64,000 bases of DNA from Geopsychrobacteraceae bacterium (GTDB lineage: Bacteria > Desulfobacterota > Desulfuromonadia > Desulfuromonadales > Geopsychrobacteraceae): the NCBI GenBank assembly GCA_963662315.1, contig OY759353.1, forward strand, positions 2,624,001 to 2,688,000, given 5' to 3'. Under the pieces are notes generated by a model that had not been told where the DNA came from, ran no database searches, and was given only the letters and a program-made list of their open reading frames with translations. Shown in pieces: positions 39,461 to 48,758 of the stretch; within the stretch, counting starts at the first letter, position 1; the number at the start of each line of letters is the position of its first letter. Both the position numbers and the translations under genes were made by a program.

Positions 39461-39711
39461 GCGTTCTGTTTTTCCTCGATAAAGGCGGCAAGAGTATTAA
39501 TCGACTGCAACGCCGGACGCCCTTCTTCCATATCCTTGATCTCGACACCGAAATGCTTTTGCACGACAACAACCAGTTCGACAGCGTCGAGAGAGTCAAG
39601 GCCAAGACCTTCACCAAATAACGGGGCATCATCCTCAATTTCTTCCGGAGTGAAATCCTCGAGGTTCAATTCATCGATAAGAACTTGCTTCAGCTTTGTT
39701 TTGATATCCAT
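39457..39711 (-). CDS. Acyl carrier protein
   Basis: GLGLDSLDAVE; RBS AAGGAG; start overlaps the upstream stop. Confidence 0.93.
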   Translation of the reverse strand: MDIKTKLKQVLIDELNLEDFTPEEIEDDAPLFGEGLGLDSLDAVELVVVVQKHFGVEIKDMEEGRPALQSINTLAAFIEEKQNA

Positions 39712-40667
39712 CATGACTCCTTGGATCGGTCCTGTGTAGTAACCGGCTGCTCCTGTTGCAGCCACATATTAAAAAAATTGAAAAACTGGTACGGATGTTC
39801 CTCGCAATACTCCTCAAGGGCCGTACAGAATTCCAGAGCAAAAGGTTTAAACAGATCGGCCTTGCGCCCGGAAATTTCCGGAACACGAATGACCTTGGCC
39901 AGTTTCAGCCGGTAGCTGTCGGCACTGTCTTTCCAACTGAAAAAAACGACAATAGGCGCCCCAGTTGTCGCGGCAATCTTATAAGCACTAAAAGGGACGC
40001 TGATCGACTGCCCCAGAAAATCAACCTGCACCAGACTGCGATCGCTCCCCATGGGGCGGTCACCCATCACACAAAGAATCTGCCCTTGCTTAAGGACACC
40101 GAGCATTTCCAGGGTACCACCAAGGTAACCCGTTGGATCAATGACCTGGTAAGGACATTCAATACCGGCATGCTCATGATAATGACGGTCGATATCACCA
40201 TCTTCCCGCCGCATCAGCATATGTACCGGCCGATCAAGAAAATCGAGGGACGACATGGCGACCTGCCAGCAGCCGACATGGGCCGTCATCATGATCAGAC
40301 CCCTCTCTTCGTCACGCAGCTTGAGCAACTCCGCACGCCCCACCAGATCAACCTGCATGCTGTCCGGTCCAAGAATGCCGACAATGGCCCGGTCAACCAG
40401 CACTTTTCCCAACCCAAGAAGCATCTGGTAACAGTGCCACAGGCGCTCAACACCTCTGGCATCAGGAAAGCGCCGCTGCAGATAATGGGCGGCCCGACCA
40501 CGAGCCAGGGAGCTGAACAGAGCATAGTAAGCGACAACGACATAAAGCAGCAGGTACGCAACCCGCCGCCCCCCCAGACGGATGGCCAGATAGAAAGCCT
40601 GGTGCTGCCAATTACTACCAACACTGCGACTGGTCCAGTTACCGCTGTTATGTGCCTGCTTTGCCAT
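39711..40667 (-). CDS. LpxL/LpxP-like acyltransferase
   Basis: AHVGCWQ, MGDR, FLG, PYQFFNFF motifs. Confidence 0.85.
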   Translation of the reverse strand: MAKQAHNSGNWTSRSVGSNWQHQAFYLAIRLGGRRVAYLLLYVVVAYYALFSSLARGRAAHYLQRRFPDARGVERLWHCYQMLLGLGKVLVDRAIVGILGPDSMQVDLVGRAELLKLRDEERGLIMMTAHVGCWQVAMSSLDFLDRPVHMLMRREDGDIDRHYHEHAGIECPYQVIDPTGYLGGTLEMLGVLKQGQILCVMGDRPMGSDRSLVQVDFLGQSISVPFSAYKIAATTGAPIVVFFSWKDSADSYRLKLAKVIRVPEISGRKADLFKPFALEFCTALEEYCEEHPYQFFNFFNMWLQQEQPVTTQDRSKES

Positions 40668-40687
40668 TAATTGTTTATCCTACTATG

Positions 40688-40774
40688 CCCCCTCATCCGC
40701 CCTGCGGGCACCTTCTCCCTTATGGAGAAGGGATAACTATTCCCTCTCCGTGGGGAGAGGGTCAGGGTGAGGGG
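40688..40774. repeat. REP-like element (same family as 23256-23359)
   Basis: CCCCTCATCC..CCTTCTCCCTTATGGAGAAGGG..CCCTCTCCGTGGGGAGAGGGTCAGGGTGAGGGG. Confidence 0.75.
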
Positions 40775-40783
40775 AAATCACTT

Positions 40784-41962
40784 TTAGTTCAAATTTGCTG
40801 TACCACTCTTCTGACTGACCATAGCAGCCAGATAATAAGTAACTACACCGACACCTGCCGCAAGTACAGGTGCCAGAATCAGCGAACCCAGAAACCATTC
40901 ATAAAATCGCTGTAACGCCTGATAACCCAGAGTCTGCAGCGAAAATTCCGTCAGCCACTGTCCATGACGCATAAAGTACCCGGCCTCGATGCATAATGCA
41001 GGTACCAGGGGCGGCATACACAACTGACTGCTGGTGACCGCAGCGACCTTATTGAGCCGGAAAAAGCTGCAGGCAAACAAAATCGCTATGGTGTGGCAGA
41101 ACAGCAGCGGCAATGTCCCCAGCAATACCCCCGCCGCCGCCGCATAGGCTAACTGTTTAGGCGTACGATTCTCACTCACCAGCGTCTTCAGTGACCGCAA
41201 GGGATGAATGACTGACAAGGCTTCGATCTTGCGTTCATCACGCGCAAAAATCTTACGGTGCGGCCATGGTACAATCGAGCGTAACGTCAGATGTGTATTC
41301 AGCAAGGTCAGACGCCAGTTATCCAGAAAGCCTCGAAAGTGAGAAATCCGCTCATCCTGAGGCGGATAGTAGACCGAGATATCGACATCACGCAACTCAA
41401 CACCAGCCCAGGCGGCCCTGACCAGAATTTCGACCTCAAAATTATAGCGCCTCGTCCAAAAGGTCAACCGCTCAAAAAGGAACAGCGGATAGGCGCGAAA
41501 GCCACTCTGACTGTCTCCAAGCTGACTGCCCGTTTGCAAACGTAACCAGAAGTTGGAAAACTTGCGCCCGAAGCGTGACGAACCGGGAATACTATCCTGG
41601 TCAAAATCACGCTTGCCGACAATCAGTGCCTCGGGATACGTACAAACCTCAGCCAGGAATTTGGGCAAATCATCCGCAGCGTGCTGTCCATCAGCGTCAA
41701 GGCAGATCATATGGCTAAAGCCATGCTCTCGCCCCCATGAAGCCGCCGTCAGCAAAGCTGCCCCCTTACCCTGATTTTCAGCGTGAACAACCAGCTCAAC
41801 CGGCAGATCCCCCAGTATTTCGGCAACCGGTTCGCTACTGCCGTCATCAACAACCAGCACCTTCTTATGGTGGTTCAAAACACCTGTTACAACATGACGC
41901 AACGTTGCACCATGGTTGTAAACAGGAATCACCACCAGGATCTGCAATCGGTTATCCACCAT
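40784..41962 (-). CDS. Glycosyltransferase family 2 fused to DUF2062-like membrane domain
   Basis: IPVYNH, VDDGS, NQGKG, DADGQH, DSQSGFR; hydrophobic C-terminal domain. Confidence 0.87.
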   Translation of the reverse strand: MVDNRLQILVVIPVYNHGATLRHVVTGVLNHHKKVLVVDDGSSEPVAEILGDLPVELVVHAENQGKGAALLTAASWGREHGFSHMICLDADGQHAADDLPKFLAEVCTYPEALIVGKRDFDQDSIPGSSRFGRKFSNFWLRLQTGSQLGDSQSGFRAYPLFLFERLTFWTRRYNFEVEILVRAAWAGVELRDVDISVYYPPQDERISHFRGFLDNWRLTLLNTHLTLRSIVPWPHRKIFARDERKIEALSVIHPLRSLKTLVSENRTPKQLAYAAAAGVLLGTLPLLFCHTIAILFACSFFRLNKVAAVTSSQLCMPPLVPALCIEAGYFMRHGQWLTEFSLQTLGYQALQRFYEWFLGSLILAPVLAAGVGVVTYYLAAMVSQKSGTANLN

Positions 41963-43400
41963 AGCGCTTGTTGCTGACCGCAAAACGTAAAAACTGCCCG
42001 GCACTGGCCAAAAAACGCAGCCAGCTGTCAGGTGATTTCCACAGCATGGTCACATACCCCCACAATACCGGCCAACGTTGAAAATGTTTCTTGTAAAATT
42101 CAATAAACAGCTTTTCGAGGCGCTCTTTATCCATCCCGTGAGGAACAAACTGAAAATGCATACAGTCCATTTTGGGCCAGTCCTCATCAAAGGTTCCGAG
42201 TTCATGGATCTTCTCATAAATCGGTGATCCGGGGAACGGGGTAAACTTGGCGAGATTAAAATCATCGATGGGCAGCGAATAGACATACTCCATACTGCGT
42301 CTGATTGAGGCCTCACTCTCCCCGGGCAATCCCATCATCAAGAGTCCTTTGGTACGAATACCACAGGCCTTGATGGTGCGGATAGTCTCCGCCAGCAGAT
42401 CCAGGTTGGCATTCTGCCGATGCTGACTGAGTAGCTGCTCATCACCACTTTCAATCCCCAGGCTGACCATCCAGCAACCGGCGGCTTTCATCAGCTGCAA
42501 CAGCTCACGGTCGACGTGTTCGGCCCGAACGGCACAGTTAAAGGTCATCCCCAGCGGTTTGTCGATCATCATGCGGCAGAATTCTTCGACCCGACCACGA
42601 TGAAAAGTAAACTGGTCATCATAAAAGTTGATATGGCGAATACCAAAGCGTTCTTTCAGATAGACCAGGTGGCGATACAGGTAATCGGCCGAATTGTAGC
42701 GGAAGGTACGGCGGAAGACACTGCGATCACAATAGCTGCAGCTGTAAGGACAGCCACGACTGGAGATACAGCTGCTGTTGGGCGCCTTGGGATAATTGAA
42801 AATCGGCAGTTTATAGGCATCGGGATAGCCTTCCAGTTTTTCATAAGCCGGAAAGGGCAGATCGTCAAGAACCAGGGCGTCCGTGCGGTAGCCGTTATTG
42901 ACGATGGTTCCGTCACCAGCGCGCCAGACAACACCACCAATCTGCTCCGGAGATGCGCCGGCCAAGCGAGCCAGCTCCAGAGTGGTCTGCTCTCCTTCAC
43001 CGATGACGGCGTAATCGATCAGTTCCGAAAACTCCAGAACCTGCTCTTTTAAAGCCGACACATGAGGGCCTCCTACGGCAACCTTGATCCCCGGCAGTTC
43101 CGCCTTGGCGATTCCCGCCATGCGCACACTGTCATGAATACTGGCCGTAGTACAACTGATCCCCAGCAACGCCGGGCGCTGGTCACGCAGCAGTTGCACA
43201 AAGCGGTCATCGGCATCTGGATGCGCATAACAATCAAGAATTCTGCTGTTAAATCCTTCCTGATCAACATATGCAGCAATACTGGCCAGCCCTAATGGGG
43301 GCATGATGTTCGCTTTGCGTGAGATATCACGACTTGCAGCATCGGCCTGATAACCGAGGGGGTGCAGCAGCAGAATATTTTTTTGGTTCAGTCCAGTCAT
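41952..43400 (-). CDS. B12-binding domain radical SAM protein (2 of 4)
   Basis: PPLGLASIAA, GGPH, GEGE, SRGCPYSCSYC, PFPGS. Confidence 0.9.
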   Translation of the reverse strand: MTGLNQKNILLLHPLGYQADAASRDISRKANIMPPLGLASIAAYVDQEGFNSRILDCYAHPDADDRFVQLLRDQRPALLGISCTTASIHDSVRMAGIAKAELPGIKVAVGGPHVSALKEQVLEFSELIDYAVIGEGEQTTLELARLAGASPEQIGGVVWRAGDGTIVNNGYRTDALVLDDLPFPAYEKLEGYPDAYKLPIFNYPKAPNSSCISSRGCPYSCSYCDRSVFRRTFRYNSADYLYRHLVYLKERFGIRHINFYDDQFTFHRGRVEEFCRMMIDKPLGMTFNCAVRAEHVDRELLQLMKAAGCWMVSLGIESGDEQLLSQHRQNANLDLLAETIRTIKACGIRTKGLLMMGLPGESEASIRRSMEYVYSLPIDDFNLAKFTPFPGSPIYEKIHELGTFDEDWPKMDCMHFQFVPHGMDKERLEKLFIEFYKKHFQRWPVLWGYVTMLWKSPDSWLRFLASAGQFLRFAVSNKRYGG

Positions 43401-43420
43401 AATATGTTCGTTCAACTTCC

Positions 43421-44788
43421 TTAGACGCTGGCGACCTTTGTTTCTTTTGGAAAACGGACCAGATAATCCCACATCAGACCGCGGTAACCGAAATCACGCA
43501 TAACAGCGATACGCTTGAGCCCTTCGGACGGCGGGAAGACCCGGTTCTTCTGCCCAGCCCATCTTTCAACAATTCGGTTCTCCATGTGTTTGCGATCAAT
43601 ACCTTTAGAGAAATAGTAAACCGGTTTCAACAACGAGGTGTCGGCACTGATAATCCCTTCGGCAATAGCTTGGGGATGCAACGGTGAATCGGGGAAAATA
43701 CGGATTCCTGAAAACGCAAAAACAACGGAAGCGCCCAGCTGCTCCATATTGTTCAGGCCTTCTTCAAGAGAATCACTATCTTCTCCCGGGCCGCCGAAGA
43801 TGACATAATGAGCCGCCGGCAACCGTTCCGCCAGGCAGGCTTCATTGACGGCAAAGATCTCGTCGAAAGTCAGTCTTTTGTTAATACCTTTAAGAGTTTT
43901 GTCGGAAGCGGCATCAGTCCCAAGTTCCAAAGCGTAAAGCCCGGCCCTCTTCATCAACGCCAGGTTTTCACGATTCAGGCTCTGGGGGCGGAAGAAAGCC
44001 GACCAGCGAATTTGCAGATCACTGCGCAACATTTCCTCGACCAGTTCCAGGTAGTAACCTTTCGGATCGTTAAATACCGAGTCGGTAAAGAACACACTGT
44101 CGGCACCGTGCCTTCTTTTGAGCTCCCGCAGCTCGGCAACAACCTGGCGCGGATCACGCACCCGAAATTGATTTCCTTCCAGATGCGGGTAGGAACAATA
44201 GCTGCACTGGTAGGGGCAGCCCCGCTTGGTCTGCATATTGATGACGTCGCTTTCACGCTGGTAATAAGCGACCATCTCATCAACATAAACTGGTGAGGCA
44301 AACTCATGGCCGGCCAGCGGTGGCCGCCGGGGGATGATTTTCCCCGGTTGTTCGCCAGCAGTCAAGGCCGCTATCAAAGCAGGAACCGACTGTTCCCCTT
44401 CGCCAATTACCGCGTGGTCAACACCGACATAATCAGTAATCATCTCCGGCATTATTGTCAGCGCCGGCCCCCCCAGCAGAATCGGCGCACTGCTCATAGT
44501 GCGCAGGTCGGCAACCAGATCCCGGGCATTCTTCAGATACCAGCCGTCTTCGCCGCAAAAGGAATCGACATTGTCGATATTACGTAAAGTAATCGCGATA
44601 AAATCCGGCTTAAAATCACTAATGGCAGCCTGCAAAGTTGCAGTGTCCCGCCCGTGAACCAGGCAATCGTACTGCTGAACCTGGTGACCCGCAGCAATCA
44701 GTGCCCCTGATACGACGGCCATCCCTAACGGATAAACGGCATAGGGATCGGTCGCCGTATTGCAGGAGATGAAGAAAATCCTGCTCAC
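43421..44788 (-). CDS. Lipid-biosynthesis-type B12-binding radical SAM protein (3 of 4)
   Basis: PYAVYPLG, LRNIDN, GEGE, TKRGCPYQCSYC; resembles the TIGR04072-type family as I recall it (unverified). Confidence 0.85.
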   Translation of the reverse strand: MSRIFFISCNTATDPYAVYPLGMAVVSGALIAAGHQVQQYDCLVHGRDTATLQAAISDFKPDFIAITLRNIDNVDSFCGEDGWYLKNARDLVADLRTMSSAPILLGGPALTIMPEMITDYVGVDHAVIGEGEQSVPALIAALTAGEQPGKIIPRRPPLAGHEFASPVYVDEMVAYYQRESDVINMQTKRGCPYQCSYCSYPHLEGNQFRVRDPRQVVAELRELKRRHGADSVFFTDSVFNDPKGYYLELVEEMLRSDLQIRWSAFFRPQSLNRENLALMKRAGLYALELGTDAASDKTLKGINKRLTFDEIFAVNEACLAERLPAAHYVIFGGPGEDSDSLEEGLNNMEQLGASVVFAFSGIRIFPDSPLHPQAIAEGIISADTSLLKPVYYFSKGIDRKHMENRIVERWAGQKNRVFPPSEGLKRIAVMRDFGYRGLMWDYLVRFPKETKVASV

Positions 44789-46044
44789 GCACTCTCCTTT
44801 TTGAACAATCTACGCTTCCGTGGGTTGTAGCGATGGTAGGTTTCATCATCCATTTCGCGGCGAATAACCTGTTTGAACAACTCGCCCATTTTGAGTTGGT
44901 GACCACCATCGGAGTAGAAGGTATCCCAGGCGTAATAGTACATCTCCTGCAGTTTTTCCGGACTCATCTGCTTGGGCTGGAAGACGACTTTATCGGCCGT
45001 ATATTTGAGCCAGTCATTGGACAGGATGCGCCCTTCCTTTTCCATCTGGGCCCGGATCGGTGAATGGGGAAACGGCGTCATAATGGTGAACTCGGCAACG
45101 TCGAGTTCAACTTCCATCAGGAAATCAACCAGACGCTTGATGTAATCCTCATCCTGATCATCGGTCCCGAGAATAATCGTTCCTTCGATACCGATACCAT
45201 GGTCCTTAAGACGCTTGATGCGGTTACGGATCACATCGGAGGTATCGAAAACCGCCTGATAAACGTACCAGGCTCCAGCCTGAGCGGCGAGGTCAAGAAT
45301 TTCGTCATCATCAAGAATCGGGTGGGAAACCCATTTCTTTTTCAGGGGGATCATGGCGGTAAACAGTTCTTTAAGCCACTCTTTGTCCTGCGCCAGGGAG
45401 TTGTCGACGATGAACATGCGATTGTTCTGAATCGCCTCCATCTCGGCGATGACTTTTTCTACCGGCCGGGGACGAAACTGTTTGCCACCCAGGTAACCGG
45501 TACAGCAGGGGAAACAGTTAAATTTGCAACCGCGCGAAGCATGGACCAGATCAAGCATCTGCACACCACGATAATTGTACAGGTCGCGATCAAGAATCTC
45601 ACGGCGGGCGGTGCCAACCAGGTTGATATCGGGATGGTTATGCATGTAGTTATAAAGTGGCTTCAGCTGACCACGCTGGAAATCTTCAATAACCTGGCCA
45701 AAACGCCCTTCCGCCTCACCGAGGAAAACCGCATCGGCATGCTGTTGAACTTCTTCAGCATGCAGCATGGTTGAAATGCCGCCGAAGATAACAGTTTTGC
45801 CACGCTCACGGAACTCTCTGGCGATCTCAAAAGCCCGGGGCAACTGGGATGTGAGCATGGTCGATATGGCAACAAGATCACTACTGGCATCAAAATCGAT
45901 CGTCTGCAGGTTCTCATCGGTAAAGTTGATCTCTACCTCCTCCGGAACGGCAGCGGCAAACACGACCGGGCCGTGCGGTGGCAGGTGAAACTCGGTCTGG
46001 CGATCCAGCTTAGGCCAGCGCGGGTAGATCAATTCCATCTTCAT
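44785..46044 (-). CDS. B12-binding domain radical SAM protein (4 of 4)
   Basis: N-terminal B12-like domain, GEAE, SRGCKFNCFPC, TPFP; RBS AAGGAG before ATG 46044. Confidence 0.88.
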   Translation of the reverse strand: MKMELIYPRWPKLDRQTEFHLPPHGPVVFAAAVPEEVEINFTDENLQTIDFDASSDLVAISTMLTSQLPRAFEIAREFRERGKTVIFGGISTMLHAEEVQQHADAVFLGEAEGRFGQVIEDFQRGQLKPLYNYMHNHPDINLVGTARREILDRDLYNYRGVQMLDLVHASRGCKFNCFPCCTGYLGGKQFRPRPVEKVIAEMEAIQNNRMFIVDNSLAQDKEWLKELFTAMIPLKKKWVSHPILDDDEILDLAAQAGAWYVYQAVFDTSDVIRNRIKRLKDHGIGIEGTIILGTDDQDEDYIKRLVDFLMEVELDVAEFTIMTPFPHSPIRAQMEKEGRILSNDWLKYTADKVVFQPKQMSPEKLQEMYYYAWDTFYSDGGHQLKMGELFKQVIRREMDDETYHRYNPRKRRLFKKESA

Positions 46045-46100
46045 AAGCAGCTCGTCTCCTTCTTCCGGCACTGTTTAATTGAAGGCCGGCGATATTCTCA

Positions 46101-46796
46101 TTATCTGCAGTTCTGACAGCAGCTGACAAGACCAGTCAGGTCAGAAACCGGTTTTCCATTCAAAGTCAGGGTCTTTTCTATCAGTTCCAGGCAACCGTAT
46201 CCGGTCACATGAGGTTCCTTTTCAAGCAGCATAAACAACGCCCCGGGAACTTCACCGGAACGCTCCAGCTCAGCACAGGGCAGATCACAGATGCCGGCCA
46301 GCATCCCGGTCTGATCACTTAAACTCAGCTCTTCAAGGGCATAGCGCACCGCCGCCAAACGGTCGGGATCGTGCTGATTAATAACCAGGCTGTTCCCCCC
46401 CAGGCCGAAACGTAACGCGACTTCGCCCAGGAAACTGTTGGCCAGGGTATAAGCGAACAGGTTGGGGCTGGCAAGCTTACCGCCATCGACCAACATAGTC
46501 TCCAGGTAATCCCGATCAGTTGCCAGGCAACCGTAACGACTGGCAGCGACAATACCAATCGGCCGGGCTTCGCTGAAGGCATCTCGCTCAGCATCGCGCA
46601 GACAGAAAGCCGCTGCAGCCAGACCAAGACGGGAAAAGTCATCAAGCCGGCCAAAGCGTTTATCCGGTTCAGCAAAAATCTGTTTGCGCGTCGGAATCTC
46701 CAGGTTTCCTGCCGTCAGCGGATGACCGGCGTCCCTGTGCCCCTGTCCGGAACCCGCCGGAGTATGCCAGCCAATACCATTAATCCAGGCTTTCAT
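46101..46796 (-). CDS. Truncated ketosynthase N-terminal domain / second chain length factor
   Basis: RFGRLDDFSRL, SPNLFAYTLAN; no catalytic Cys/His; 231 aa. Confidence 0.75.
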   Translation of the reverse strand: MKAWINGIGWHTPAGSGQGHRDAGHPLTAGNLEIPTRKQIFAEPDKRFGRLDDFSRLGLAAAAFCLRDAERDAFSEARPIGIVAASRYGCLATDRDYLETMLVDGGKLASPNLFAYTLANSFLGEVALRFGLGGNSLVINQHDPDRLAAVRYALEELSLSDQTGMLAGICDLPCAELERSGEVPGALFMLLEKEPHVTGYGCLELIEKTLTLNGKPVSDLTGLVSCCQNCR

Positions 46797-47917
46797 TGCT
46801 CCCCCCTGTGGAGAATAACAACGGCATTGATGCCACCAAAACCGGAATTGCTGCTGAGCAGATAATCCCCCTCAAAAGCTTGTGCGCCACCACTGATCAT
46901 GCCGCGAGCATCCGCTTCCGGCTGAAGGCAGCCAACCGTCCCCGGAATCCGTCGTTCCGCAAGTGCGCGCGCGGCAACGGCCAGTTCCACACCACCGGCA
47001 GCGCCAAGGCTGTGCCCCAGGCTCCCTTTGATACCATGAATCGGTGGCAGCGCATCGCCAAATACCGCGTTAAACGCAACCAGTTCCATGGCATCGTTAA
47101 ATACCGTGGCCGTGGCATGAGCATTAATCGCTGCGACCTGCCCCGGAGTAATAGCCGCTTTGCTCAATGCCTGCTGGCAGGCCCGAATTAGTCCACGACC
47201 ATCGCGTGCCGGTGCCGTGACATGAAAAGCATCATTTGCCACCCCCCAGCCACTGACATAGGCCAGCACCGGTTCTTGTTCACGCCGAGCCCGCTCTTCA
47301 CTCATTAGCAGCAGGGCAACCCCCGCTTCGCCAAGATTAAGTCCGTTGCGCGTTGCATCGAAAGGGCGCGCGGGTTGCGGAGACATGGCCTGCAAAGCGG
47401 AAAACCCGGAGAAGACAAATTCACTGGCAATATCAGCGGCGACTACCAGTACAGCGTCTGCCATATCAGCAGCAATCATGGCCGCAGCGCGAGCGACAGC
47501 GACTGTTGACGAAGCACAGGCGGCGTTAATATTGAGCCCCTGATCTCTGATCCCCAGACGTTTCTGAACATCTTGGAGGACAGTCTCAAACACCAGCTCG
47601 GCTGCTAACGGCTGACCATATTGCTTCTGCAGCAGATCAACATCCCCTTTGGTCGAAGCCAGCAACAAGCGACAATCCTGCGGAACTCCTCCCAACTGCG
47701 GCAGCAGCATATCGAGTAACTCGGCAAACAGGGTCCGCCCTGAGCAGCCGTCGAGCCCGTCAATAAAGGCCCCGAGTTGAGAGATGTAATGACTGGCATC
47801 AAAACGTGATACCGGACCGACTCCGGTGCGACCGGCCAATAGACTCTCCCACAGGGTATCAAGATCAGCTCCAAGGGCACTGACAACAACGCTGCGGGCT
47901 AAAACAACCTTGGTCAT
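46793..47917 (-). CDS. Beta-ketoacyl-ACP synthase (FabF-like)
   Basis: AACASS, AHATAT, GHSLGAAG, GFGG; start overlaps the thioesterase stop (TGATG). Confidence 0.9.
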   Translation of the reverse strand: MTKVVLARSVVVSALGADLDTLWESLLAGRTGVGPVSRFDASHYISQLGAFIDGLDGCSGRTLFAELLDMLLPQLGGVPQDCRLLLASTKGDVDLLQKQYGQPLAAELVFETVLQDVQKRLGIRDQGLNINAACASSTVAVARAAAMIAADMADAVLVVAADIASEFVFSGFSALQAMSPQPARPFDATRNGLNLGEAGVALLLMSEERARREQEPVLAYVSGWGVANDAFHVTAPARDGRGLIRACQQALSKAAITPGQVAAINAHATATVFNDAMELVAFNAVFGDALPPIHGIKGSLGHSLGAAGGVELAVAARALAERRIPGTVGCLQPEADARGMISGGAQAFEGDYLLSSNSGFGGINAVVILHRGEQ

Positions 47918-48378
47918 CAGGCCAGCTCTCCATTTTGCCAACGCTCACGGAAATCGGCACAAAACGGTGGTGGCACCATCAGCACATTGTAATCACTGTC
48001 TAGCAGCATCTGTACTGAATAACCGGTGGTGGTAATCTGACCTGCTGCGTTACGCAGAATGAATTCATGATTCAGGCGTACTGCGTCACTCCAGTGCAGG
48101 ATGGCTTCAATGGTAAAGGGGTCGCCAAAACGCAGCGGCAGGTGATAATCAGCATGCATCTGCTTGATCGGGGCAACGATCCCCTGCTCATACAAATCAA
48201 GATAACCCAGACCATATTTCTTACCAAGCATCACCCGTCCATCCTCAAAATAGCTCGGGTAACGACCGTGCCAGACGATTCCCAGCGGGTCAATCTCTTC
48301 GAAGCGTACTGTGCGCTCAACAGTCAAGGTCAAAGGAGGCGGTGCATCGGGCGAGGTTTTGAAATACGGTTTTCTCAT
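47917..48378 (-). CDS. Acyl-CoA/ACP thioesterase (4HBT hotdog, ApeK-like)
   Basis: VRFEEIDPLGIVWHGRY..YFEDGR. Confidence 0.88.
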   Translation of the reverse strand: MRKPYFKTSPDAPPPLTLTVERTVRFEEIDPLGIVWHGRYPSYFEDGRVMLGKKYGLGYLDLYEQGIVAPIKQMHADYHLPLRFGDPFTIEAILHWSDAVRLNHEFILRNAAGQITTTGYSVQMLLDSDYNVLMVPPPFCADFRERWQNGELA

Positions 48379-48758
48379 TGTTCATTTCCATTATCAGTAA
48401 ATAACAGGGTAAAACGTGAAACACTTCCAGTGGCAGTATTCAGATCAGCATTAACCTGTAGCCCCCCTGGTTTTGATTTATATTTGACCGTAACCGTCAC
48501 CAGCACTTCCGGCAGCAGTTGACTCATGAATTTGGCCCGGTCGACAACCAGTCCGGTCAGTGACCGCTCAAGCAGTTGCTCTGCTAGCTGTTGGGCCACC
48601 AGCATCTGCAGCACAGCCGGAAATACCGGATGCTCCGGAAAATGGCCGGAAAACCCTGAAAAATTCACCGGAAACCAGTAGTCCTGCTCACCGCCGGCAT
48701 CATATTTACGTACCGGACCGACTGCCGCGGCAGCTATTTCCTGACGCATTCTGTTCAT
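48375..48758 (-). CDS. FabA/FabZ-like dehydratase subunit (ApeI-like)
   Basis: FSGHFPEHPVFPAV, AKF...LP. Confidence 0.75.
   Translation of the reverse strand: MNRMRQEIAAAAVGPVRKYDAGGEQDYWFPVNFSGFSGHFPEHPVFPAVLQMLVAQQLAEQLLERSLTGLVVDRAKFMSQLLPEVLVTVTVKYKSKPGGLQVNADLNTATGSVSRFTLLFTDNGNEQ

Noticed and set aside
39756..40670. Long plus-strand ORFs (304 aa here; also 34245-35024, 45064-45774, 54595-55338)
   Set aside because: Antisense to well-supported genes and no recognisable motifs; typical shadow ORFs.
41952..46044. Calling the cluster a proven ladderane pathway
   Set aside because: Family resemblance only. Ladderane enzymology is unresolved, and the aryl starter plus DarB point to a different product.
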